Shown one piece after another: positions 1 to 9,698 of a stretch of 19,002 bases of DNA. The number at the start of each line of letters is the position of its first letter. Position 1 is the first letter of the stretch. The notes below the pieces were generated by a model, which ran no database searches, was not told the DNA's origin, and saw only the letters and a program-made list of their open reading frames with translations. The position numbers and the translations under genes are program-made. The DNA is from a candidate division WOR-3 bacterium (GTDB lineage: Bacteria > Hydrothermota > Hydrothermia > Hydrothermales > Hydrothermaceae), in contig JBDRZD010000036.1 of assembly GCA_039803745.1 (NCBI GenBank), positions 1-19,002 of the forward strand, in the 5' to 3' direction.

Positions 1-2021
1 AAAGAAATTATTTTCCATGAACCTGCTGAATGGTTAGAATAATAGGGTCTATAAGATAAACTGAATATTCCCTGAACTTCCTGAAATTTTATTTCTCCTT
101 CACTTGAATCAGGATAAGAAGGGAAAAAACCATCTGCATTATCATCAAAAATAATATTTATAATATCATTCCCTGATGTAAAATCTTCTAAAATGATTCC
201 TATATAAAAAATTGAATCAGAATTTTTAAAAAATGCAAATGCCTTTTCAACATTTCTTTTATTATCTTTTGCAAGAAAATCAGATATATCAATTTTTTCG
301 GCATCATTCCATTCATTATCCATAATTACTCCATCAATTAAAGGTAAATTTGAAGAATGAGGAATACTTACAAATTTTCTTACATTGTAAGAATAAATCC
401 TTGCTTTTATTGTATCATTTCTGTGCATCTGCTCATTTTGTGAACTTATATAACATTTTAAATCATAAGAGCCATTCTCAAATTTTGCAGTAAAGGGTGG
501 AAAATCTGTCGAATCTTTTTGACCTTGTGAAAGATAAAGATTATATACTGTATTTTCATAAATTGTATTTCCAAGGGAATCTATTTTTAAAGTTATTGAA
601 AAATTTTCAGAATAAAAACCCCTGTTTGAGAAATAAACCTTTGGAATAAAGGAAGAATCTTTTTTTAAAACAGGCGGAAAATTTGAATTATCAAGGGATA
701 AATTATGAACTGGAATTACAGCAAGATCCGCATACATCGTGTCATCTAAATCAGATACCCCTGTTATAGAAACATATGTTGTTACAAAGTTATAATCCTT
801 TGAATCAGGAATTGAATAGTTGTCAAAATTTCTATTATTTGTATTTCCAGGATAAGGGTCTCCCCCGTCTCCCCTATTTTGTCCCTTTTCTAAGTTCCAT
901 AAACCATCAGCCTGCTCAAGAGCAACTTTATAATGACCATATTGTGTATGACCTGGATACCATTCATTATTGTTATTTGGTTGATTCTCATCAACATGGA
1001 AAATGAGTAAACCCCATCCGGGCAAAGAAATATCAAAGCCTTTTTTATTTCTGAATTCTACAAGAAAATACATCGGTGAAGAATTACCATATGTCCATAA
1101 TCTATAACCAACCGGATATTCATTTGAAGAAAGGATAACTGCATTCTCTATAATGCCTGTAACATTCACTGGAATTAAAAAACCGAGTTTATATTTACAC
1201 CATATATCAAAATGAACAGGTTTTGCTCCATTCCCTCCCCATGAACCTCCTGCCATCATTGACCAGTCTCCAAGCCCTTCTGATGAATAATCAGTATCAT
1301 ATAAATCAGGAAGACCTATAACATGACCAAGTTCGTGCCCAAAAACCCCTATTCTTCCATTCTCTGGTTCCATTGAATACCTGTAAACTCTTACACCATC
1401 AACCCAAACTCCACCCGGGATATACCATGCATGAGACCATATATGGTTTGGATTACCCGTCTCTTCAGCTCCAGGTCCTGCATGAACTATGAATATTGCA
1501 TCAACATCTCCATTACCATCTCTATCAAATTGAGAAAAGTCTATATAAGGGTCCGCTGCTAAAACAGCATCCCTTGCAAGACCCTGTGCATTCTGCGGAT
1601 AAGGACCAAATCCATATTGACCATTAGTATAATAAGTATAAAGCTGTGGCATCATAAGCCAATCTGAAACAATTCCATTTATGAAAAAATGATTATAAGA
1701 ATTTTCAAGATAGTAATCTGTTAAAGAGCCTGTTGGATAGGAATTTACTGAAAAAAGCATTTCTTCAAAATGGGTCTTTGAAGATTCTGCCTGATTGTCA
1801 ACAAATTCAACAAGTATGACTGGAATACCCAGAGTATCATATTGCCTCTCAAGAAGTCTTATTCTAAATCTTTCAAGGTTTTCATAATCAGGAGCATCAA
1901 CCCCTTTTTCTTTTGCTTTTATTAAAATCTCTTTTGTTTTTTCCCATTCTTCTTTTGAAAGCCTTTCTTTTAAATCAGGATGTGGTAAAAGGAGAAGAAT
2001 AACATAAATTAAAGTTTTCAT
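1..2021 (-). CDS. Secreted M6-family (immune inhibitor A-like) zinc metalloprotease with C-terminal beta-rich accessory domains; 3' end runs off the window
   Basis: Translated by hand. ATG at 2021-2019 follows AAGGAG, and the frame stays open to base 1 (>=673 aa). It begins MKTLIYVILLLLPHP and contains M6 hallmarks IPVILVEF, GSLTDYYLENSY, DFSQFDRDGNGDVD, FIVHAGPG, IWSH, GVFGHELGHVIGLPDLYD (HExxH at 1337-1323), WSMMAGGSW and GLLIFHVDE. It is absent from the ORF track because no stop lies in the window. Confidence 0.9.
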   Translation of the reverse strand, partial: MKTLIYVILLLLPHPDLKERLSKEEWEKTKEILIKAKEKGVDAPDYENLERFRIRLLERQYDTLGIPVILVEFVDNQAESSKTHFEEMLFSVNSYPTGSLTDYYLENSYNHFFINGIVSDWLMMPQLYTYYTNGQYGFGPYPQNAQGLARDAVLAADPYIDFSQFDRDGNGDVDAIFIVHAGPGAEETGNPNHIWSHAWYIPGGVWVDGVRVYRYSMEPENGRIGVFGHELGHVIGLPDLYDTDYSSEGLGDWSMMAGGSWGGNGAKPVHFDIWCKYKLGFLIPVNVTGIIENAVILSSNEYPVGYRLWTYGNSSPMYFLVEFRNKKGFDISLPGWGLLIFHVDENQPNNNNEWYPGHTQYGHYKVALEQADGLWNLEKGQNRGDGGDPYPGNTNNRNFDNYSIPDSKDYNFVTTYVSITGVSDLDDTMYADLAVIPVHNLSLDNSNFPPVLKKDSSFIPKVYFSNRGFYSENFSITLKIDSLGNTIYENTVYNLYLSQGQKDSTDFPPFTAKFENGSYDLKCYISSQNEQMHRNDTIKARIYSYNVRKFVSIPHSSNLPLIDGVIMDNEWNDAEKIDISDFLAKDNKRNVEKAFAFFKNSDSIFYIGIILEDFTSGNDIINIIFDDNADGFFPSYPDSSEGEIKFQEVQGIFSLSYRPYYSNHSAGSWKIIS

Positions 2022-2042
2022 TTTATCTCCTTTTAAAATTAA

Positions 2043-2072
2043 ATTATAATTAAATTTGATTTAAAAGGTCAA
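2043..2072 (-). promoter_or_regulatory. Putative sigma70 promoter of the protease gene
   Basis: Minus strand TTGACC (2072-2067), 18-nt spacer, TATAAT (2048-2043). Confidence 0.55.
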
Positions 2073-2085
2073 TTTGAATTATAAT
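2056..2085 (+). promoter_or_regulatory. Putative sigma70 promoter of the meaB operon (probably leaderless)
   Basis: TTGATT (2056-2061), 18-nt spacer, TATAAT (2080-2085). The GTG start is 7 nt downstream with no Shine-Dalgarno. Confidence 0.55.
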
Positions 2086-2092
2086 TAAATCT

Positions 2093-3022
2093 GTGAAAGA
2101 GATTGTTGATAAAATTAGGGAAGGAGATGAGAAAGAAATTGCAAGATGTATTTCCTTAATTGAAAAAAATTCTGAAAATTCTTCTCATATTTTAAAAGAA
2201 ATATTTCCATATACAGGAAAAGCAATAAGAATTGGAATAACAGGACCACCTGGCGTTGGTAAATCAACACTTATAGATAAATTGACACTTCTTTTAATAG
2301 AGAAAGATAAAAGTGTTGGAATAATTGCACTTGACCCTGTTTCCCCTTTTTCAGGAGGTGCTTTATTAGGTGACAGGATAAGAATGAGTGATTTAAATCT
2401 TGAAAATAAGGTTTTTATAAGGAGTATGGCATTAAGGGAAGGAAAAGGGGTTTCAAGATTTGCCCTTGATGCTGCTGATATCCTTGATGCATCAGGAAAG
2501 GATTATATAATTATAGAAACTGTTGGTATAGGGCAATCAGAAATAGAGATTGCTTATTTAACGGATTGCACAATACTTGTTCTTTCACCTGAAGCAGGGG
2601 ATGGGATACAGGCAATGAAAGCAGGAATTCTTGAAACAAGTGATTTAATAGTTATAAATAAATCGGATAGACCTGGAGCCGAAGAACTTAAAAAGGATAT
2701 AATTTTTGCATTCAATTTGTCAGGAAAAGAGGCAGAGGTTATACTTACAAATAGTCTTAAAGGCGAAGGAATTTCTGAACTCTTAGAAAAAATTGAAGAA
2801 TTTATCATTAAAGCAAAAAATTTAGAAAAATTTGAAAAGAGAAGAAAAGAAATAATAAAGGAAAGAATTAAAAAATTGATTTTTTCAAAAATAGAAGAGA
2901 AGATAATGGAGAAAATAAGTGAAAATGATTTTATTGAAAAAATGGCAAATTATGTATATAATTTAAAATTTTCTACCCATGAAGTAGCAAATGAATTTAT
3001 TAAAAAATTTTTAGGAGGGTAA
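2093..3022 (+). CDS. meaB: MeaB/ArgK family GTPase chaperone of a B12-dependent acyl-CoA mutase
   Basis: Motifs [49 protein letters not shown] and VINKSD. Lies directly upstream of the mutase genes. Confidence 0.95.
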   Translation: MKEIVDKIREGDEKEIARCISLIEKNSENSSHILKEIFPYTGKAIRIGITGPPGVGKSTLIDKLTLLLIEKDKSVGIIALDPVSPFSGGALLGDRIRMSDLNLENKVFIRSMALREGKGVSRFALDAADILDASGKDYIIIETVGIGQSEIEIAYLTDCTILVLSPEAGDGIQAMKAGILETSDLIVINKSDRPGAEELKKDIIFAFNLSGKEAEVILTNSLKGEGISELLEKIEEFIIKAKNLEKFEKRRKEIIKERIKKLIFSKIEEKIMEKISENDFIEKMANYVYNLKFSTHEVANEFIKKFLGG

Positions 3023-3023
3023 A

Positions 3024-4736
3024 ATGGACGAAAGAGAAATTAAAAGGGAAAGCTGTAGCTCTGGACAAGATTTTTATTCCTCTATTGAGACTAAAAAAGC
3101 AGAGGTAATAGAAGATCTTGAAGAAAGAATAAAAAGACTTTCACAGAAAAATTCTCGTTTTCCAGGAAGTATAACTCCTTTTGAAAAACTCTATTATACT
3201 TCAAAAGATGTTGAAAATTTGAATTATGAAAAGGATCTCGGAAATCCGGGAGAATTCCCTTTTACAAGAGGTGTATATGAAACAATGTACAGGGGAAAAC
3301 TATGGACAATGAGAATGTTCTCAGGATTTGGAACTGCAAAAGAGACTAATAAGAGGTTTAAATTTTTACTTGAACACGGACAAACAGGACTTTCTATTGC
3401 CTTTGACATGCCTACACTTATGGGATATGATTCTGACCATCCAAGAGCAAGAGGAGAGGTTGGAAAGGAAGGAGTCGCAGTATGCACACTGCAGAATATG
3501 GAAACACTTTTTAAAGATATACCCCTTGATAAGGTTTCAACTTCAATGACGATAAATCCCACTGCCTTTATACTTCTTGCCTTTTATGTCGCAGTTGCAG
3601 AAAAACAGGGTGTTCCATTACACAAATTAAGGGGAACAATTCAAAATGATATATTAAAAGAATATATTGCCCAAAAGGAATTTATTTTTCCACCAGAACC
3701 TTCAATAAAACTTATAGTTGATACTGTTGAATTCTGTTCAAAATATATACCCAAATGGCACCCAATATCAATAAGTGGATATCATATAAGGGAGGCAGGA
3801 GCAACTGCTGTTCAGGAACTTGCATTTACTTTGATGGATGGCTTTACTTATGTAAAATATGCAATTGAAAGAGGACTTGATGTTGATGAATTTGCTCCAC
3901 AACTTTCTTTTTTCTTTAATTCCCATATGAACTTTTTTGAAGAAATAGCAAAATTCAGGGCTGCAAGAAGAATATGGGCAAGATGGATGAAAGAAAAATT
4001 TGGTGCAAAAAAACCTGAATCAATGAGATTAAAATTTCATACCCAAACAGCAGGATGTTCTTTAACTGCTCAACAGCCTGAAAATAATATAATAAGAACA
4101 ACAATTGAGGCACTTGCAGCAGTTTTGGGTGGAACACAGAGTTTACATACAAATTCAATGGATGAAGCACTTGCCCTTCCCACTGAAAAAGCAGCAAAGA
4201 TTGCACTAAGAACACAGCAGATAATTGCATATGAAACTGATATTCCTGATGTTATTGACCCTCTTGCAGGTTCATACTTTATTGAATATTTAACAAATAA
4301 AATGGAGGAAGAAGCAGAAAAGATATTTAAGAAGATAGAGGAAATGGGTGGGATGGTTGAAGCAATTAAAAAGGGATGGCCACAAAGGGAAATATCAAGA
4401 TCTGCTTATGAGTTTCAAAAAGCAGTTGAAGAAAGGAAATATCTTGTTGTAGGTGTTAATGAATTTGTTGAAGATGAAAAGATTGAAATTCCTATTTTAA
4501 AAATACCTCCAGAAATTGAAGAAGAACAGGTAAAGGAAGTAAAGGAGTTTAAACAAAATAGGGACAATATCCTTGTTAGAAATAAACTTGAAGAACTAAG
4601 AAAAGCAGCAGAAAGAAATGATAATTTAATGCCTTATACAATTGAAGCAGTTAAGGCACATGTTACACTTGGTGAGATAATTGAGGAACTTAAAAAAGTT
4701 TATGGAACCTGGCAGGAACCACCAAATTTATATTAA
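3024..4736 (+). CDS. Adenosylcobalamin-dependent acyl-CoA mutase, large substrate-binding subunit (methylmalonyl-CoA mutase family; isobutyryl-CoA mutase-type residues)
   Basis: Motifs [67 protein letters not shown] and [16 protein letters not shown]. It has no B12-binding domain (split enzyme). Confidence 0.93.
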   Translation: MDEREIKRESCSSGQDFYSSIETKKAEVIEDLEERIKRLSQKNSRFPGSITPFEKLYYTSKDVENLNYEKDLGNPGEFPFTRGVYETMYRGKLWTMRMFSGFGTAKETNKRFKFLLEHGQTGLSIAFDMPTLMGYDSDHPRARGEVGKEGVAVCTLQNMETLFKDIPLDKVSTSMTINPTAFILLAFYVAVAEKQGVPLHKLRGTIQNDILKEYIAQKEFIFPPEPSIKLIVDTVEFCSKYIPKWHPISISGYHIREAGATAVQELAFTLMDGFTYVKYAIERGLDVDEFAPQLSFFFNSHMNFFEEIAKFRAARRIWARWMKEKFGAKKPESMRLKFHTQTAGCSLTAQQPENNIIRTTIEALAAVLGGTQSLHTNSMDEALALPTEKAAKIALRTQQIIAYETDIPDVIDPLAGSYFIEYLTNKMEEEAEKIFKKIEEMGGMVEAIKKGWPQREISRSAYEFQKAVEERKYLVVGVNEFVEDEKIEIPILKIPPEIEEEQVKEVKEFKQNRDNILVRNKLEELRKAAERNDNLMPYTIEAVKAHVTLGEIIEELKKVYGTWQEPPNLY

Positions 4737-4739
4737 AAT

Positions 4740-5147
4740 ATGAAGGAAAAAATAAGGGTATTAATTGCAAAAGTGGGACTTGATGGGCATGATAGAGGAG
4801 CAAAGGTTATAGCATCTGCTTTAAGAGATGCAGGTTTTGAGGTAATATATTCAGGGCTTCACCAAACACCTGAAGCTGTAATAAGAACTGCAATTCAGGA
4901 AGATGTTGATGTTATAGGTATAAGCATACTTTCAGGTGCTCATATGACAATATTTCCGGAAATTTTAAAACTTATGAAGGAAAAAGGGCTTGATAATGTC
5001 CTTTTAACAGGTGGTGGAATAATACCAGAAGATGATGCACAAAAGCTTTATGAAATGGGGGTGGGGAAACTTTTTGGTCCGGGCACCCCTTTAAGCGAAA
5101 TAATTGAATATATAAAGGAGGAAATCAAAAGAAGAAAAAAAGAATAA
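4740..5147 (+). CDS. Acyl-CoA mutase small cobalamin-binding subunit
   Basis: DxHxxG base-off/His-on motif in [14 protein letters not shown], plus SILSGAH and GGGIIP; 135 aa. Confidence 0.95.
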   Translation: MKEKIRVLIAKVGLDGHDRGAKVIASALRDAGFEVIYSGLHQTPEAVIRTAIQEDVDVIGISILSGAHMTIFPEILKLMKEKGLDNVLLTGGGIIPEDDAQKLYEMGVGKLFGPGTPLSEIIEYIKEEIKRRKKE

Positions 5148-5168
5148 AAAATATTTTGTGGAGGTAAA

Positions 5169-7169
5169 ATGAGGGTGGTTTTATTTACAGGTCATGGTGG
5201 TTGTGGTAAAACACAACTTGCAGAGGCAATCCTTTATAAGGCAAAAGTTACACAAAGGCTTGGGAATCCATCTCAGGGAAATTCTATCCTTGATTATGAC
5301 CCTGAAGAGATTGAAAGAAAAATATCAATAAACCTTTCCTGTGCCCACTTTAAATATAAAAATGAGGAATTTGAAATTATAGATACCCCTGGATTTCTTG
5401 ATTTTCAGGGAGAGTTTATAGCAGGGATAGAAGTAACAGATAGTGTCATTCTTGTGGTTGATTCTACCTCTGGAATTCAAACAGGAACAGAGATATTCGG
5501 GCAAAAAGTTTTTGAAAGAAAATTGCCCTGTATGATATTTGTAAGTAAGATGAAGATGGAAAATTCAAATCCTGATGAATTAATTGAAAGATTAAAAGAA
5601 ACATTTGAAGGAGTCTCATTTTTCCCACTCCAATTTCCAAAAGGGAAGGGAGTTAATTTTGAAGGTACATGGAATATATTTGATGAAAATTTACCAGCAG
5701 ATTTAAAGAAAATTAAAGAAAAATATATGGAATCAGTTATAGAACTTTCAGAAGAACTTGTTACAAGATATTTGGAAGGAGAAGAAATAGGTGCCTCTGA
5801 ACTCAAAGAGGTGTTAAAAAGAGGCGTAAAAAATGGAGAGATTGTCCCTGTTCTTTATGGAGATTCAATAGAGGGAATAGGAATTGAAGAATTACTGGAT
5901 GCAATAATAGATTATTTCCCCTCGCCATTTGAAAGAAAATATAAGGCTTTTGACTCTGAGGAAAAAGAAGTTGAGATAATGCCTTCTCCTCAAGGAGATC
6001 TATTATCTTTTGTATTTAAAACCTTTACAGAGCCGCATCTTGGTGAAATATATTATATAAGGGTTTTTAATGGAGAACTAAAAGCAGGAACAGAAGTTTT
6101 AAATGTGAATAAAGCGGCAAAGGAAAAGATAAATCAGATATTCAAAGTAATGGGGAAGGAGAGAAAAGAAACAGAAATTTTAAGAACAGGTGAAATTGGA
6201 GCAGTTGTCAAATTAAAGAATACAAGTACCTCTCATACACTCTCATCACTTGAAAAACCTTTAAAATTGAAACCAATTGAATTTCCAAATCCTTCAATAT
6301 CAATTGCTGTTGTTCCACTATCCAAACAGGATGAAGAGAAAGTTATGGAGGCACTCCAAAAAGTTTCCTTTGAGGATCCAACATTTAGATTTTATTATGA
6401 CCCTGAACTTAAACAGAGGATAATAGAAGGACTTGGTAGTGTCCATCTTGATGTTATAATATCAAAAATAAAAAGGAAATTTGGAGTAAATGTAAGAACT
6501 GAAAGACCAAAAATTCCTTATAGGGAAACAATAAGAAAGAAGGCAGAAGCAATGGGTAAATATGTAAAACAAAGTGGTGGAAGAGGTCAATATGGTATAT
6601 GTTTTATAAGAATAGAACCAAAGAAAAGAGGGGAAGGATATGAATTTGTGAATGATATATTCGGAGGAGCAATACCTTCAAACTTTATCCCTGCGGTTGA
6701 AACAGGAATTAAAAAGGCAATGCAATCAGGAGTTTTAGCAGGTTATCCTGTTGTTGATGTAAAAGTAACCCTATATGATGGCAAATATCATGAAGTTGAT
6801 TCATCAAATATTGCTTTTGAAATAGCAGGAAGTATGGCATTCAGGGAAGCACAGCAAAAAGCAGAACCGTATCTTTTAGAACCTATATATGAGATTGAAG
6901 TGATAGTTCCTGAAGAATACATGGGAGAAATTATTGGAGATTTAAATGCAAGAAGGGGAAAAATATTGGGGATGGAAGGATTCGGAAAAAAGCAGAAAAT
7001 AAAGGCATATGTTCCCCTTGCAGAGATTTATAGATATGCAGATAGTTTGAAAAGTATCACGAAAGGGAAAGGAGTTTTTTCAATGAAGTTCTCACATTAT
7101 GAAGAGGTCCCATCTGAAATTGCTGCAAGAGTTATAAATGAATCAAAAAAGGAAAAAGGTGAGGAATGA
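5169..7169 (+). CDS. Elongation factor G paralogue (EF-G2-like) with degenerate GTPase motifs
   Basis: Motifs GHGGCGKT, DYDPEEIERKISI, IDTPGF, EDPTF, GLGSVHLD, PYRETI, KQSGGRGQYG, YHEVDSS, LLEPI and GDLNARRG; 666 aa. GGAGG SD upstream. Confidence 0.92.
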   Translation: MRVVLFTGHGGCGKTQLAEAILYKAKVTQRLGNPSQGNSILDYDPEEIERKISINLSCAHFKYKNEEFEIIDTPGFLDFQGEFIAGIEVTDSVILVVDSTSGIQTGTEIFGQKVFERKLPCMIFVSKMKMENSNPDELIERLKETFEGVSFFPLQFPKGKGVNFEGTWNIFDENLPADLKKIKEKYMESVIELSEELVTRYLEGEEIGASELKEVLKRGVKNGEIVPVLYGDSIEGIGIEELLDAIIDYFPSPFERKYKAFDSEEKEVEIMPSPQGDLLSFVFKTFTEPHLGEIYYIRVFNGELKAGTEVLNVNKAAKEKINQIFKVMGKERKETEILRTGEIGAVVKLKNTSTSHTLSSLEKPLKLKPIEFPNPSISIAVVPLSKQDEEKVMEALQKVSFEDPTFRFYYDPELKQRIIEGLGSVHLDVIISKIKRKFGVNVRTERPKIPYRETIRKKAEAMGKYVKQSGGRGQYGICFIRIEPKKRGEGYEFVNDIFGGAIPSNFIPAVETGIKKAMQSGVLAGYPVVDVKVTLYDGKYHEVDSSNIAFEIAGSMAFREAQQKAEPYLLEPIYEIEVIVPEEYMGEIIGDLNARRGKILGMEGFGKKQKIKAYVPLAEIYRYADSLKSITKGKGVFSMKFSHYEEVPSEIAARVINESKKEKGEE

Positions 7170-8254
7170 AAACTTTAATATATTTTTTAATTTTCTTTAA
7201 TTTTAAGGTTTATGATGCTCCATATGATGCAGGAGGAGCAATTATAATAGAATGGGAATGGCCGGAAGAGAAAAAAGGGGAAAAATGTGATTCTGTAACA
7301 ATATGGAGAAGCACATCAAGAGAAGGTGAATTTGAAAAAATTAAAACACTTGTGACAATTCTAAATTCCTATAAGGATATAGGACTTGAAAATGGGAAAG
7401 AATATTTTTATAAGATAACACTCTACTATAAAGATAAAATTTTTGAATCAGAAGATATTCTTTCTGCAATTCCGAAGACACAGTATTTCCATCTTGGAAG
7501 ATTAAATATAATGATAGGTGTTTTTCTTTTCTTAACATTTATACTATTTTTCATACAAAGAGCAAAAAAGGGAATAAGTTTATTTTTAAGGAAAATACCA
7601 GGACTTGATGCTGTTGAAGAAGCAGTCGGAAGATCAACAGAGATGGGAAGACCAATTCTTTATATTCCTGGTCTTTCAACAATTTCAGATGTTGCAACAA
7701 TTGCATCATTAAATATACTTTCACAGGTTGTTAAAAAGGCTGCTGAATATGAAACCAACATAATTATTCCGAACCGTGATCCAGTTGTTTATTTAATTGC
7801 AAGAGAAGTTGTAAAAGAAGCATATACGATGGCAGGAAGACCAGACCTTTTTAATGCTGATTCTGTTTATTATGTAACAGATTCACAATTTGGTTATGCT
7901 TCTGCTGTTTGTGGAATAATGGTAAGGGAAAAACCAGCAACAAATTTCTTCCTCGGAATGTTCTGGGCTGAATCATTAATTTTAGCAGAAACAGGTGCAA
8001 CAACTGGTGCTATTCAGATTGCAGGAACAGATGCAGTAACACAATTGCCTTTCTTTATAACAGCCTGTGATTATACACTCATAGGAGAAGAACTCTATGC
8101 AGCATCGGCTTATCTTTCAAGAGAACCGGTTCTTGTTTCAACAATAAGGGCACAGGATATGATGAAGGCAATAATATGGATAATAATATTTTTAGGAGGA
8201 ATTTTGGGACTATTTGGGAAAAAACCTTTTGAATTTATATTTGGTGGAGGATAA
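7166..8254 (+). CDS. Uncharacterised membrane protein: N-terminal exported FN3-like domain, TM helix, DUF6754-like domain, C-terminal TM
   Basis: Short hydrophobic N-terminus and FN3-like motifs (IIIEWEWP, IWRSTS, YKDIGLENGKEYFYKI). TM NIMIGVFLFLTFILFFI, then RKIPGLDAVEEAVGRSTEMGRP...QLPFFITACDYTLIGEELYAASAYL. I recognise this as DUF6754-like from memory; no search was run. ATGA overlap with the upstream gene. Confidence 0.75.
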   Translation: MKTLIYFLIFFNFKVYDAPYDAGGAIIIEWEWPEEKKGEKCDSVTIWRSTSREGEFEKIKTLVTILNSYKDIGLENGKEYFYKITLYYKDKIFESEDILSAIPKTQYFHLGRLNIMIGVFLFLTFILFFIQRAKKGISLFLRKIPGLDAVEEAVGRSTEMGRPILYIPGLSTISDVATIASLNILSQVVKKAAEYETNIIIPNRDPVVYLIAREVVKEAYTMAGRPDLFNADSVYYVTDSQFGYASAVCGIMVREKPATNFFLGMFWAESLILAETGATTGAIQIAGTDAVTQLPFFITACDYTLIGEELYAASAYLSREPVLVSTIRAQDMMKAIIWIIIFLGGILGLFGKKPFEFIFGGG

Positions 8255-8256
8255 AA

Positions 8257-8874
8257 ATGCTACAAAAAAAGATACCGATGTTTATATGTTTTTTAATGGG
8301 TTTCCTTCTTTTTTTCCAATTCTATATCCCTACATCATGGTCTCAAAACTTTTATAGTACCATATTAAGATGGATTTTAGGAATTTCCTCTTTCGCAATT
8401 GTTCTTGCTGTTGCAAGTCTTGTAAGACATCATACAAGAAAAATAAAGGAAAGGAAAGACATACCCTATTCAATTACACTTCTCGTCTCTCTCGTTGCCA
8501 CTGCGCTTATAGGATTTATAGGGGGAATAAAAAGTGGAACACTATTTGATAAAATCTTTAACTATATTCAAATACCATTACAATCATCAATGTTTGCAAT
8601 ACTCGCTTTTTATATGGCTTCTGCTGCTTATAGAGCATTCAGAGCAAGAAACATTGAAGCAACCTTACTTCTTTTGGCAGCATTCATTGTAATGATAGGA
8701 GTAATACCAATAGGTGATTTAATACATCCATATGTTCCTTCTTTTGCCCAATGGATACTTGATGTTCCAAACCTTGCAGCAAAAAGGGGAATAGCAATTG
8801 GTGTTGGGCTTGGAATAATCGCAACATCAATCAAAATAATTTTAGGAATTGAAAGGAACTGGCTTGGGAGGTAA
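8257..8874 (+). CDS. Uncharacterised polytopic membrane protein (about 5-6 TM)
   Basis: 205 aa with several hydrophobic segments and the motif SMFAILAFYMASAAYRAFRARNIEA. GGAGG SD; starts 2 nt after the previous stop. Confidence 0.8.
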   Translation: MLQKKIPMFICFLMGFLLFFQFYIPTSWSQNFYSTILRWILGISSFAIVLAVASLVRHHTRKIKERKDIPYSITLLVSLVATALIGFIGGIKSGTLFDKIFNYIQIPLQSSMFAILAFYMASAAYRAFRARNIEATLLLLAAFIVMIGVIPIGDLIHPYVPSFAQWILDVPNLAAKRGIAIGVGLGIIATSIKIILGIERNWLGR

Positions 8875-8876
8875 AA

Positions 8877-9698
8877 ATGAAATTCCTTGAATATCTTGCA
8901 AAGATTGATAGAAGAATAATTTATTTAATTCTTGCAATCTTTATTATAATACCTCTTATAAAACCCTTAAATTTACCTATCGGAAGTTCCCATCCTGTCA
9001 AATCACTTTTTGATTTTATAGAAAAACAGCCTGAAGGAGCAGTTATAGTTCTATCAATGGATTACGATGCTTCAGTTTATCCTGAATGCCATCCAATGTC
9101 AAGGGCAATAGCAAGACATGCCTTTTTAAAAAATTTAAGACTAATCGGACTCACATTAAACCCAGCAGGAACAGGGCTTGCTCTTGAAGTTATGACAGAA
9201 ATTCCGAAAGAATACAATAAAAAATATGGTAAGGATTATGTATTTTTGGGATTCAGACCAGATATAACTGCAACTATTCTTGGATTTGGTGAGGATATAA
9301 GAAAAATATTTCCTTATGATTATTTTGGGAATAAAACTGATACATTACCAATATTTAAGGATGTTAAAAATTATGACCAGATAGCACTTGTTGTTTCAAT
9401 TTCTGGTTCCGCGCTGCCGGTTTCCTGGATATACCTTGCAAGAGGAAGATATGGACAGGATATTGCTGCAGGAGTTACTGCTGTTATGGCTGCCGATTAT
9501 TATCCTTATTTAAGGACAGGACAATTTGTTGGTCTTTTGGGAGGTATGAAAGGTGCTGCTGAATATGAAAAACTTATTGAAAGAAGAGAACTTGCTACTT
9601 CCGGAATAGATGCAGTATCAATATCCCATATCCTGATAATCCTTTTTGTAATAATTGGAAATATAGGATATATAGTTCTTTTAAAAAGGAGGAAATAA
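8877..9698 (+). CDS. Uncharacterised membrane-anchored protein (N- and C-terminal TM flanking a soluble domain of about 215 aa)
   Basis: 273 aa: IDRRIIYLILAIFIIIPLI, a soluble alpha/beta-like region, GLLGGMKGAAEYE, and a C-terminal TM followed by KRRK. GGAGG SD. Confidence 0.8.
   Translation: MKFLEYLAKIDRRIIYLILAIFIIIPLIKPLNLPIGSSHPVKSLFDFIEKQPEGAVIVLSMDYDASVYPECHPMSRAIARHAFLKNLRLIGLTLNPAGTGLALEVMTEIPKEYNKKYGKDYVFLGFRPDITATILGFGEDIRKIFPYDYFGNKTDTLPIFKDVKNYDQIALVVSISGSALPVSWIYLARGRYGQDIAAGVTAVMAADYYPYLRTGQFVGLLGGMKGAAEYEKLIERRELATSGIDAVSISHILIILFVIIGNIGYIVLLKRRK

Noticed and set aside
776..1006. 76-aa plus-strand ORF in the track
   Set aside because: It is antisense to the well-supported M6 protease and has no recognisable motif.
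5169..7169. Calling this the housekeeping fusA or a TetM-type resistance protein
   Set aside because: It lacks rpsL/rpsG/tuf context and canonical G motifs. It retains EF-G domain IV motifs rather than ribosomal-protection-protein features.
7166..7183. The DUF6754-like protein and the M6 protease both begin MKTLIY
   Set aside because: A six-residue match in low-complexity signal-peptide starts of an AT-rich genome; the similarity does not extend further.
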